Positions 48,513-60,036 of a stretch of DNA of 64,000 nucleotides are shown piece by piece. The notes beneath the pieces are model-generated. The model was not told the origin of the DNA, did not search any database, and saw only the letters and a list, made by a program, of their open reading frames with translations. The position numbers and the translations under genes were made by a program. Position 1 is the stretch's first letter. Each line of letters starts with the position of its first letter. This stretch comes from Mobula hypostoma (Eukaryota), in the NCBI RefSeq assembly GCF_963921235.1, contig NC_086107.1, forward strand, positions 102,488,001 to 102,552,000, read 5' to 3'.

Positions 48513-51500
48513 TAGATATATATATTAATGTTGAAGCTTAAGAATACTTCGACAGGACTGACAACTGTACGTCAGTTTGCCATGAACAGATAAAGATCAA
48601 AAGTAAAGATTACCTTTCTGTCACACATACTGTACATCAAAACCTACAGTGAAGTGTGCCATTTACATCAGTGACCAACACAGTGCAAGGACGTGCTGGG
48701 TGCAGCCAGCAAGTGTCGCCATGCTTCTGCCACCAATGTAGCACGCTTGCGACTCACTAACCCTAACGTGTAACGTCTTTGGTACGCGGGAGAGACTGGA
48801 GCACCCGGCGGAAACCCATGATGTACAGTCTCCTGACAGACAGTGGTGGGATCATTGGCTCCGGTGTAAAGCATTATGCTTGGCTTCCGTGCGGCCCCAA
48901 CAAATCAACAGCGTTCATACTCTGTCAGTTTATCAATCCTCCAGGCCTGCCCTGCACTATTAGTCCATCACAGGATACCAGTTCTGACACCACACAGAGG
49001 CATAGTCAGACACCATGCAAACAGGCCAGTTTGAATGTGCCAACCAACACGTCATCCTGAGCGAGTCTCATTTGCCTGTGTTTGGCCTGTATCCCTCTGA
49101 ACTTTCCTCTCCACATTCCTTTTCAAATGTCTTTTAAACATTGTAATGGAAGTCCATCACTTCCTCCGGCACATCTCCGGTCCACAGCCATGTCTTGTAT
49201 CCCATCTTGACCCCAATTCCCACCCCACCCCTTTCCCTCACCACAGGGTATTAGGGCCCGATCGGCTGCTTCATCAATGGCCTTCACTCCATCTTGGATC
49301 CAATAAAACTCTAATAATCCGCTTTGCAGCCATTCGGAAATTGCCCCTCGGTTTGTTCAGGCAATACTTGCTACACTCCTCCTCATGTACCAACACTTCC
49401 ACTTACTTACCCCCACCTAGGTTTCTGCTCTCCCTCCCATATAACGGGCCTCAGTTCCCGAGTTCCCCTTCCAAGCTGCTGGCGGGTGAGTGGGGACCCA
49501 ACTCCCACACTTCTGGGGCCCTGGATCCCATGTTCCCACCCATTCATGGAGACCCCTGGTTTCCATTGCTATATTCCTTTAAAATAACCAGGAGCTTGGA
49601 GCCCATAGGCTACTTGTTGTAATACTAAGCAACATCTATAAATAAAGAGGATTAAAATGTGTTAGGGTGTAAATAACGTCCAATAGTCTGGCCACATCAC
49701 TGTCTGGTTTGGGAGGTGGGGGAGGCTACTGCACAGGATCGAAGTAAGCTGCAGAGAGTTGAAAACTCATGGTCACTAGCCTCCGTAGTATCCAAGACAT
49801 CTTCAAGGAGCGATGCCTCAAAAAGGCATTGTCCATCATTAAGGACCCCTCAACACCCAGAACATGCCCTGTTCTCATTGCTACCATCAGGAAGGAGGTA
49901 CAGAAGCCTGAAGGCACACACTCGACAATTCAGGAACAACTTCTTCCCCTCTGCCATCCGATTTCTGAATGAACACTGAACCCATGAACACTACCTCACT
50001 ACTTTTGTTAATTCCTGTTTTTGCACTTCCTATTTAATTTAAGTATTTGAGATATATATAGTTTCTGTAATTTACAGATTTCTTCTGTATCATGTACTCC
50101 AATGTACTGCTGCGCAAAGTTCACGACCTATGCCAGTGATATTAAACCTGATTCTGAAATCTGCCGGTTTGGCACCAAAGTCTCAGGCCTGTTGGATTGC
50201 TGGAGATTATTGGGAACGTTTGCTGGTTATTTAAAAATGCTCAGTACTGTTCGCAATCCCTCAGATAACAGAGCCTGAAACAGGACTAGGACAACATATG
50301 ATAGGCTGTTACTGTTTGGTGTTTAAAATAACAACTATATTAATGGAGGCAGCGTAGCATAGTGGTTAGCACAACGCTTTACAGTACCAGCAACCTGGGT
50401 TCAAATCCCACTGCTGCCCGAAAGAAGTTTGTACGTTCTCCCCATGATCATATAGGTTTCCTCCCACAGACCAAAGTTGCGCCGATTGTTAACTTAATTG
50501 GTCATTGTAAATTGTCCTGTGATTAGGCACGGATTAAATCAGGGGATTGCTGGGTGCCCTGGCTCGAGGGGTGGGAGGAGCCTATTCCGTGTAGTATCTC
50601 AACAAATGCTCAATCTAAATGGCAAAACTGAATTGTATCTTCTGGCTACTTGATTAACTTCATAAAACACACAGTCGACTTCTAAATCACTGAATCTTTC
50701 CCAATGTCACACCTAGCCCAAGAACAAGTCACTAAAAAGAAGAACGGGATCCTTCCTGGGAATGAAGGGTCAAGGGGGATAGGGGTGATGCTCGGTTCAA
50801 CTTGATGTGGAGGGACATTGGTTGCAGAGTATTAGATGGGTCCATGACTGGCCAAGACAGTGTTGAATAAAGTTCAAAAGTTCAAAGTAAATTTATTATC
50901 GAAGTACATTTATTTCACCATATACGGCCTTGAAATTCATTTTCTCACAGGCATTTATAGTAGAAAAAAGAAATACAATAGAATCAATGAAAAACTACAC
51001 AGAAAGACTTGAAAATAACCAACGTGCAAAAGACAAAATGTGAAAATAAATAAAATAGTGCCAAATAAGTCAATAAATAATAGTGAGAACAGCAGCTGGG
51101 TTGTACGAGCAGAGTAGATTGGGAGGATGTGGAGTCAGAAGCCTCTCTGTACGTCAATTAAAATACCATACTGGGACACTGAGAGATTGGATATCTCTGA
51201 GTACTGATTTGACGTTCGCTAATAGTATTGACTTCTCAAGATTAAAGATGGTTTGCTTCCTGTTGAGATTAGCCAGTCGAACAGGAAAACGAAAACCACA
51301 TTTTGCAATCCCAGATAAGGGAATCTTGGCCATTTCAAGTCAAACCACTTCCTCCAGTGATTTCCCAGTGCTTTTTAAGCATGATGCGATTTGTGCATTT
51401 TGGACTAGAGAACAAGCTTTTGATAAATAACTCGCCTCACCACATCTTGTCCAGCAAGATTTCCAGCAGAACAGGGCAGAATTAAGGTAGGGCAGAGGTT

Positions 51501-51749
51501 TGGTTGTAATATTGACGAAGGCAATTCACGGGGCAACATTAATAGCAAAGTGTTTCTACAAATTAATCAGAAAGATTTTGGTTTCTCTTTTTAAATTCAC
51601 TTTCAACATGCCCGTGTCACTAGCAAGGATAGTATTTATTTGCCTTTTTTAATTGTCCTTGAGCTTCATTTGTTCTGGTGGTAATGTTCCCGCTATGGTG
51701 TTAGGCGGGATTTAAACCCAGCACCAAAAGAGGGCTGACAATATACTGT

Positions 51750-53086
51750 CAGTGGCCATTTTGTACACCTGCTCATTAATGCAAATATCTAATCAGCCAA
51801 TCATGTGGCAGCAACTCAATGCATTAAAGCATGCAGACATGGTCAAGAGGTTCAGTTGTTGTTCAGACGGGAGAAGGAATATGAAATAAGTGACTTTGAC
51901 TGCGGAATGACTGCTGGTGCCCAACAGATTGCTTTGAGCACCTCTTTGGATTGTCACACACAACAGTCTCTAGATTTTACGGACATAATGCCCTGGCTAA
52001 GACTTTTACTGCTGAGCTGTGAGGTATTTTTTATACTAGCTGTTTTTTGCAAATGCAACGTGCCCTGTTGGTAAACTTCATAGACTCGTGGTTTGGCTTC
52101 GGCCAAAGATAAGGAGCCATTTGCCCAACCTGGGAATGTTGTGTCAGACAATGGGGTTTGTCTTGGCAACATTTTGCCCAGTGGGACGCTATGGATGATT
52201 CGAGAGAGATGGGCGGGATCCAATGTCTGAAGGACAGTGGCCTGGTTTGGAGTCTTACTGTGAGGAGGCGTGGAGAAGAGCACAAGGGAAGACACTTAGA
52301 GGATCCCACCTGAAGGGGAGATCCTATTGCAAGGAGTACTTTGTGCAGATGAAAGGTTTCAAGGAGGAAGTGCCAATACTTCTGAGTTGGTCAGTTTGCT
52401 CATAGCGTTTTTCAAGGACAATTCTGTGGTCAGTGATAGGAATTCTGTGATACACCCAACTGCTATGGAAACGAGCTCCAATGTTTATGTGCACATTAAC
52501 TGTAATGGGCCCTTTTCTTTTCTTTTCCCGTTAACTGTCTGTTAAAGTCAAAATATCAGTAAATATATTTCCTTTGTAATTTTATTTTATACTGGTGTAC
52601 AATCTGTTATTTTTCTGGCGAGCGATAACTGTGCGTAGGGCAGTATTTACACAGCGTTCACTACTATCAATGTTCCTTAATCAGAACATCCCAACTTTCC
52701 TGTTTGGTTGAACCCTGGACATGTGATGCTTATGGAAGGTGGCCTTCTGACCACTAAGTCATGTGACTGTTAAGCAGAGTTAGCCAACGAGTTTGTATAC
52801 GAGCCCCTGTGAGAGGATTACACAGAGGTACAAAAGAAAACATCCAGTGAGCAGCCTTGTTAATGGGAGAGGTCAGAGGAGAATGGCCAGACTGGTTCAA
52901 GCTGACAGGAAGGAAGCAGTAACTCAAATAACCACGTGTTACAACAGTGGCGTGTAGAAGAGCATCTCTGAATGCACAATATATCAAAACTTGAAGTGGC
53001 AGGGCTACAGCAGCAGAAGACCACAGACATTATAGAGTGGCCACTCTAGTAGGTACAGGAGGGACCTAATAAAGTGGCTACTGAGT
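51750..53086 (+). mobile_element. Internally deleted Tc1-like element split by a probable solo LTR (51984-52822)
   Basis: Ends CAGTGGCCATTTT..GTACACCTG / CCTAATAAAGTGGCTACTG; SDFDCGMTAGA HTH remnant; the insert ends ..GGATTACA with flanks CGGA/CAGA. Confidence 0.65.
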
Positions 53087-54733
53087 TGACTTCCCAGGTC
53101 TGGATGGTTTGTGACTTGGATGGGAACCTGAAGCTGGAGATGTCCACAGGAACTTGCTGCCCTTGTCCTTCATGCTGGTAGAAGCTGTGAGGTTTGGGAA
53201 GTGTTCTTGAAGAGATCTGGGCAGGGAACTGCAGAGAATTTTACATCTGGCGCCCACTGTAGCCTCTGTGTGCCAGTGGTGGAGTGAATGCATTACTTTC
53301 ACTTGACACCAATCAAGTGGGCCGCCTGTCAGGATGAGTTTCTTGAGAGTTGTTAACATTGCACCCACCCAGGCACGTGGAGAGAAGACCATCATATCCG
53401 TAACTTGTGCCTTGTAGATGGTGGAAAGGCTCTGGGATGTCAGAAGATGTATTATCAAGAGCAGGGTACCCAGCCGCTGACCTGCTTGCACAGCTACAGT
53501 ACTTTTGTGAGACCTATCGTAAATTGGGGAACTGCTTCGTTGAGTACCTCCACACCATATGCCCCAACTGGGGTGCTTCCCAGTGGTCAAACGTTTTAAT
53601 TCCCATTCCCATTCTGATATGTGGGTCCATGGCCTCCTCTTGTGCCAAGACGAGGTCACCCTCAGGGTGAAGGACCAGTTGGCCTCCAACCTGACGACTC
53701 GAATATTGATTTCTCCTTCCAGTGAAAAGCAATCCCTCTCCCTCCCCTTATCCTCTATTCCCCACTCTGGCCTGAAACAACTTCTCACCCGTCTATCACT
53801 TCCCCCTGGTCCCCTCCTCTCTCCATTTCTCCCATGGTCCACTCACCTCTCCAGCCCTTTACCTTTCCCACCCACCTGGCTTCACCTATCACCTTTCAGC
53901 AAGCCTCTTTCCCCTTCCTCCTTTCCACTCAGCCCTGAAGAAGGATCTCGGCCCGAAACATTGACTGTTTATTCTTTTCCATAGAGACTGCCTGACCTGC
54001 TGAGTTCCTCCAGCATTCTGTGTGCGTTTGTATAGTATATTTGTATAGCTGTTTGGTTCAATTGAGTTTCTAGTCAATGGGGATCCCTAGGATGTTGATG
54101 GCTGGGGACTCACTGTTAGTAATGTCATTGAATATTAGTGGTAGGTAGGTAGATTCTCAATTGCTGGAAACAATCGTTGCCTGACACCTTTGTAACATAA
54201 ATGTTACTTGCCTCTTTCTTTTAAACAGTACATCTGATAGAGATCACACTGTCCAGTCTAAAATCAGTGAAGGTAGTACTTAAACAATCTCTTTCAACAT
54301 ATGTCACAGTCATAGAGAAATACTGCACCAAAACAGGCCCTTTGGCCCATCTAGTCCATGCTGAAATGCAATCTAATCTCTCTACTCCCATCGACCTGCA
54401 CTGGGACCATAGCTCTCCATACCCCTACCATCCATGTACCTATCCAAACTTTGATTGAAAACCGTTGAAATCGAGCTCACGTGCACCGCTTGTGCTGGCA
54501 GCTCGTTCCACACTCTCACCATCCTCCGAGTGAAGAAGTTTCCCCTCATGTTCCCCTTAAAATTTTCACCTTTCACTCTTAACCCATGACCTCTGGTTGT
54601 AGTCCCACCCAACCTCTATGTGAATGTCTTAAGGATTTAACAGCCAGTGAGGTACAACTGAATCGTAGTCCCAGGTACAAACTATGAAACAAAGCAGCTG
54701 GATCAATGGCTCTGGGGTCCTGAGATCCTCTCA

Positions 54734-55215
54734 CAGACATCCCACCCTGCAAAAACTCATTTCAGGGTGGTAGCACCATCAATTTGCGGGAGACTCCCAG
54801 ATCTTCCGGGAGAGGTGGAATGTCTGCAATAGAGTAGCTCCTTAGCAGCTAGCCAGCTAGTTTAAATAACGTTAGCTACGCTAATGAACAAATAACACCT
54901 GTTAAACTCACCTCAACATGCCTTTTACAGTCTTAACCCACCATGGGCAATAGAAAAGTCACTGTTGCAAACAGCGCAGTGAGCAACACTGTCATTATTT
55001 TTGACCCCTATTAGGCAGGGGTACACTTTAGGGTCGTCTGGGGTGACGTACGTTTTATATTTTCTTTTTTTTTGGATCCCTCCTCTTTCTTTCTTCCTTT
55101 TTCTTCTTCTCTCTCTCACTCTCACTCACTCAAAAATTCTGGGATATTGGGCATCAGGGAGACACTATTAATATGCGGGAGACTCCCGGAACTTCCGGGA
55201 GAGGTGGGATGTCTG
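54734..55215 (-). mobile_element. Non-autonomous hAT-like element with a zinc-finger transposase remnant
   Basis: TIRs CAGACATCCCACC / GGTGGGATGTCTG; flanking CTCTCA on both sides; minus-strand ORF AHCAVCNSDFSIAHGG (BED-finger-like). Confidence 0.75.
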
Positions 55216-55455
55216 CTCTCACTCACAGAAGCTGATTTCCAGCCCACTTCATTTACTCCAATGGCCCACAGCAATGGCTACACTCGGATTATTTCAACTG
55301 CTGTGCAGCAGATTTGTGCTGTAAAACGAGCTGTGTCGCCAGTCAGATCACCTGATAATGTGCCCAGTTATATCCCATACACAAATCCAACCCTGCTTAA
55401 TTACTGCCTGAGCACTCCCAGTCATGAAAGTGGTGCAAGCTGCTGACTCCATCTA

Positions 55456-56666
55456 CAGTGGATTCAACAGTTAATTGGGCCATCAGTTAACTGGGGAAGC
55501 CGCTTATTTGGACAACTCTTAAACAAACAAAAACTAATTGAGAAAATAGCCGGGATTCCCTTTGCTTATTTGGGACGCTACGCCGCTTAATTAGGGCAGG
55601 AAACTGTTCAGCAGCTAGACACCACACCGTGCTACAAGCGAGCATTTTTAAAATAGCAGCAGTTGTGCGTGTTTCTGTTCAAAAAGCAGCGATTTTTGTC
55701 ACTGAGAATTTGCAAGAAATAAGACAATTCAGAACTGTTTTGGTCACTGCAGTTTCAAGCATTCAGGCTCGGGGATACCAGAAACAGACAGGAGTGAAAA
55801 TGAATTAATTTCCCTACTTCAACAAGCTAGAAACTATGGAGAATTTAAGGTATTGACAATCATCTTGAATGTTAAATAAAAATGAAGATCATAGCATTGT
55901 ATGAAAGCAGTCCATTATCTGTACTATTTTGTTCATTTACAGCTAAAAGAACTCAACTCTGATGAATTCCTCCATCAATAAGTATAGGGAACTAATACAC
56001 AGTTTTATAGTACTGCAGTAGTACTGGCTGTGTTCTAATTTGGTTGTATTCCAGTTAGAATCAGAATCAGGTTTAATATCACTGGCATACATCGTGAAAT
56101 TTGTTGTTTTGTGGCAGCAGTCCACTGTAATACGTAATGACTTAAAAACCTGTAAATTATGATAAGCATATAAAATTTAAATTAATTAAGTAGTGCATAA
56201 AGAGAGGAAAACAAATACTGTGGTAATTTCATGGGTTCATTGTCCATTCAGAAATTTGATGGCAGAGGGGAGGAAGCTGTTCCTGGAATGTTCAGTGTGT
56301 GCCTTCAGGCTCCTAGACCTCTCCTTAATGGCAGCAATAAGACGAGAGCACGTTCTGGGTGATGGGGGTTCTTCAGGATGAATGCCACCATTTCGAGGCA
56401 TCGCTTTTTGAAGGTGCCCTGGACTCTGGGGAAGCTGGAGCCCACAATGGAGGTGGCAGAGTTTACAGCTTTTTCCAATCCTGTGCAGAGGCCCTTCCAC
56501 ACCAGACGGTGATGCAACCGCCATCTACATAACTTGTGACTCAGTTGGTCTTTTTTAAAAATTGCCTTTTTAACTATTTCCATGAAACTTCGGCTAATTG
56601 GGGAATCCGCTTAATTGGGCCAAAATGTACCAGTCCCGATGTGTCCCAGTTAACCGGAATCCACTG
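55456..56666. mobile_element. Tigger/pogo-like non-autonomous element with a nested Rex1-type insert
   Basis: TA|CAGTGGATTC..GTTAATTGGG ... CCCAGTTAACCGGAATCCACTG|TA. Confidence 0.8.
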
Positions 56667-57753
56667 TAATATGATACGCACCGTGTTCAGGCATGGGCTG
56701 AGAAGTAGCAGTTAACATTCGCACCACAGAAATGCCAGATGATGGACCATCTCCCTCATATCAATGTTCAAAGATTTATTATTTATGTGGTATACAACCC
56801 TGAGATTCGTCTTTCCCACCGATAGCCACGAAACAAAGAACAACCATGGAACCAACCTACCCAAAGAAAAACGTCAAACGTCAAACCCCTCCTCCCCACC
56901 CGCAAAACAAAAATCATGCAAACAGCAAAACACAGAATAGAAAACACAAGCTCAAAAGGCATTTTTCAGTGCAGTACATCATCAGTGATTCTCCCACCAT
57001 CAATATCCATGAACTATAAACTCATTTGGATCAGTTACATAAATACCCTGTTTACAAAAGCAGGACAGAGAATGGGTACCCTGTGGTGAACGACACACCT
57101 CCTGACATTACAAGCACTTTCCCCCATCTACAAGGCACAGGTCTGTGTTGGAACGCTCTTCACTTGCACTGGTGTTTGCAGTCCCAACAGATTTCAAAAG
57201 ACTTGGGACACCTTTTAGGATAAAGCAGCCTAGCTGGCCGACACACGAGAAAATGCAGATGAAGGAAACTGGAGCAAATCAAATCAAAGTTTAATTATCA
57301 TTCAAGCCATACATGGTTACAATCTTGAGATTTGCTTGCTTATGGGCAGCCACAAAACAAGCAACTAGAAAGAACCCAATTTAAAAAAAAAGACCAACCC
57401 CCAAAGTGCAGAGAGAAAGAAACAAAAACAAATCACGCAAACAACAGAAGCAAGCAACAACAACAACAGCATTCCGAACCAAATTTAGATCCAAATCCCT
57501 GGAGCAGGCCCAAAGCCTCGGTATTCAATTAATCATATTAGCAAATCTCAAACACTTCCACTGGCAGCCCTCACAGTGCATTCCAGGCACTCACTGCTCA
57601 CAGTGTAAAATAAACTTGCCCCTCGCCCACATCTCCTTTGGACTTTCCCCCTCTCACTTTAAATGCATGCCCTCTGGTATAGCTATTTCCATCCTAGGAA
57701 AAGGATGCCGGTTGTTTGCCCTATCTATGCCTCTCATAATATTATAATCAGGT

Positions 57754-57971
57754 GGGCACGTGGCCAAGTGGTTAAGGCATTCGTCTAGTGATCTGAAGGT
57801 CGCTAGTTCGAGCCTCAGCTGTTGCAGCGTGTTTGTGTTCTTGAGCAAGGCACTTAACCACACATTGCTCTAGTGTCTGTGCGAGGAGTGGCGCCCCACA
57901 CAGACCTCCAATCTGCGCCTTGTAAGGCATGAAAATGCCCGACGCAGGCCCCTCATGGTCTGAGTCGACGT
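57754..57971 (+). mobile_element. tRNA-derived SINE with a CORE-like segment and an RTE-derived tail
   Basis: A box TGGCCAAGTGG, B box AGTTCGAGCC, GTGTTCTTGAGCAAGGCACTTAACC (MIR-core-like); 3' 37 nt similar to the RTE end at 37218-37253. Confidence 0.75.
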
Positions 57972-58463
57972 CCCCTCACCCCTCAGCCTCTGCCATCCAA
58001 GAGAAAGCACACTAGTTTGTCCAACCGAGATTAGATGATGGAAACTTCCATATTCCACAATAATTGGACACTATGTGAAGTGTAGCCGGCCGGTGGTGTA
58101 GTGGCATCCACACGGGACTTCCCTGAAGCGAGTGGTCCCTGGTTTGAATCTGGCCGGCTCCTTGCACGCTTTCTATTTGTGCTGAGTTGACGGTCGAGCT
58201 AGCAACTGGGCCTTGTAAAAAGCAGACAAAATGCTTAAGAAACAGCAAGATTGCTGCTGAGAAGCACAGGGGGAAAAAAAATGAAATACGGTATACATGA
58301 GGGAACCTGGTGGATTTTCTTTCAGAAAACATTGTGCACATTGGTGAATAATTCCTTCCTTTTACGCTATCACTCCCACAGTGGTGATCTTGCACTGTGA
58401 ACTAACTGCTCTGTGCTGGTACATTGTGCATCTCTTACCAACTACCATTTGCCTTTGCAGAAG

Positions 58464-58905
58464 ATGTCGTTCCTCAGACTCGTCCTGTACTCGGTGGTGT
58501 TGGCGCAGTACCTCACTCGGACGGTAGTGACCTCGGCGAACATTCTGTGCCCCGACGGCTGCATCTGCTCTGCTCACAGCCTGCATGTCGGGTGTACCAA
58601 CATCAGCCTGGCCGACGTTCCCACCCGGCTGGCCGACACCACCACCCAGCTGCGGCTCAGTTCAGAGCACCTGCCCGAGATTCCAGCCGACATTTTTATC
58701 AACCTGTCTCATCTGGTCATCCTGTACCTGAACGACAACAACATCAGCAGGCTCGCGCCAGGTGCATTCAATGGACTGGGTGAACTGCAATACCTGCACC
58801 TCAATAACAACAGCATCGAAGAACTCGAAGTTGGCGTTTTTGAGAATGTAACCGCCTTGGAGTTCCTACACCTGGAAAACAATCTCCTCACTGATATAGT
58901 ACCAG
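58464..58905 (+). CDS. First coding exon of a secreted LRR protein, chondroadherin/class IV SLRP-like; gene continues beyond this exon
   Basis: Acceptor tttgcctttgcag|AAG ATG; signal peptide MSFLRLVLYSVVLAQYLTRTVVTS; LRRNT CPDGCICSAHSLHVGC; four 24-aa LRRs; donor CCAG|gtattt at 58905 (phase 1). Confidence 0.88.
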
Positions 58906-60036
58906 GTATTTGCGCATTTGTCCATCCCCCTTCCAGATTGTGTTAGTGGGGCTTAACTTTAGTTGTCTCATGTACGTCAAAACATACAGAGAAATGCACC
59001 GCTTTGTGTCAAATTAAATCAGCGGGGATTGTGCTAGGATTAGCCTGCACGACAAAGCCTGCCCACATTGCCAGCTCTAACTGTACGTCTTTGGAATGTG
59101 GGAGGAAACAGCAGCACCCGGAGGAAACCCACACCAGAACAGGGAGAACGTACAAACTCCTTACAGACAGTGGCAGGAATTGTACCCCATGGGCGATTGC
59201 TGGCACTGATGAAAAGGCTTGTCATATGAAGCGTGTTTGATGGCTCCAGGCCTGTACTCACTGGAATTCAGAAAAATGAGGTGTGACCTCATTGAACCCT
59301 ACCGAATGTTGAAAGGGTGTGATAGAGTGGATGTGGAGAGGGTGGGAGTGTCTAGGACCAGAGGGCACAGCCTCAGAATAGAGCGGCATCCTTTAAGAAT
59401 GGAGATGAGGAGGAATTTCTTTAGCCAGAGAGTTGTGAATCTGTGAAATTCTTTGCTGCAGGCGGCTATGGAGGTCAAGTCTTTATGTTTATTTAAGGCA
59501 GATTCTTGATTGTTCAGGGCATGAAGGGATACGGGGAGAAGGCAGGAGATTGGGGCTGAGGGGGGAAATTGGATCAGCTGTGATAGCAGACTCGATGGGG
59601 AAAATGGCCCAATTCTGCTCCTATATCTTATGGTCTTACACATTCATACATTAGTTCATTTATAGTCATTGTTCTTTATCAGTGCTTTTGATGTCGTTCA
59701 TTTCAGTACCATAGAGGTAGGGTAACTGTGTTTCTCTGTGATTTCCACCTATAAAATGGAACCTGTTTGTTAGCCTTGGACATCCTGTAGTGGAAGCAGA
59801 TTGCAGTTTGAGAGGAAATGTTTGCAAGACTCTGGGGAGAGGGCGGTTCAGTGGGTTAAGTGAACTGTGCTGGCACAGATAGGCTCTCTCAGTCTTTGTG
59901 TACACGACTGTGTGTCTGTGCATGCAGTTTGGTCATACGACAAAGATATGTGTGCTATCATTGCCCCAAACATACAAAAATAGACTTATTATTTGGTCAC
60001 AAAATGCCATAAGGGCATGGATAGAATTAATTCATA

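Noticed and set aside
53078..53842. 254-aa minus-strand ORF
   Set aside because: Chance frame across adjacent Penelope and other LINE fragments.
58464..58905. Possible VLR-like (agnathan) receptor
   Set aside because: Cysteine spacing and the intron-split LRR array fit the chondroadherin type; no LRR cassette array nearby.
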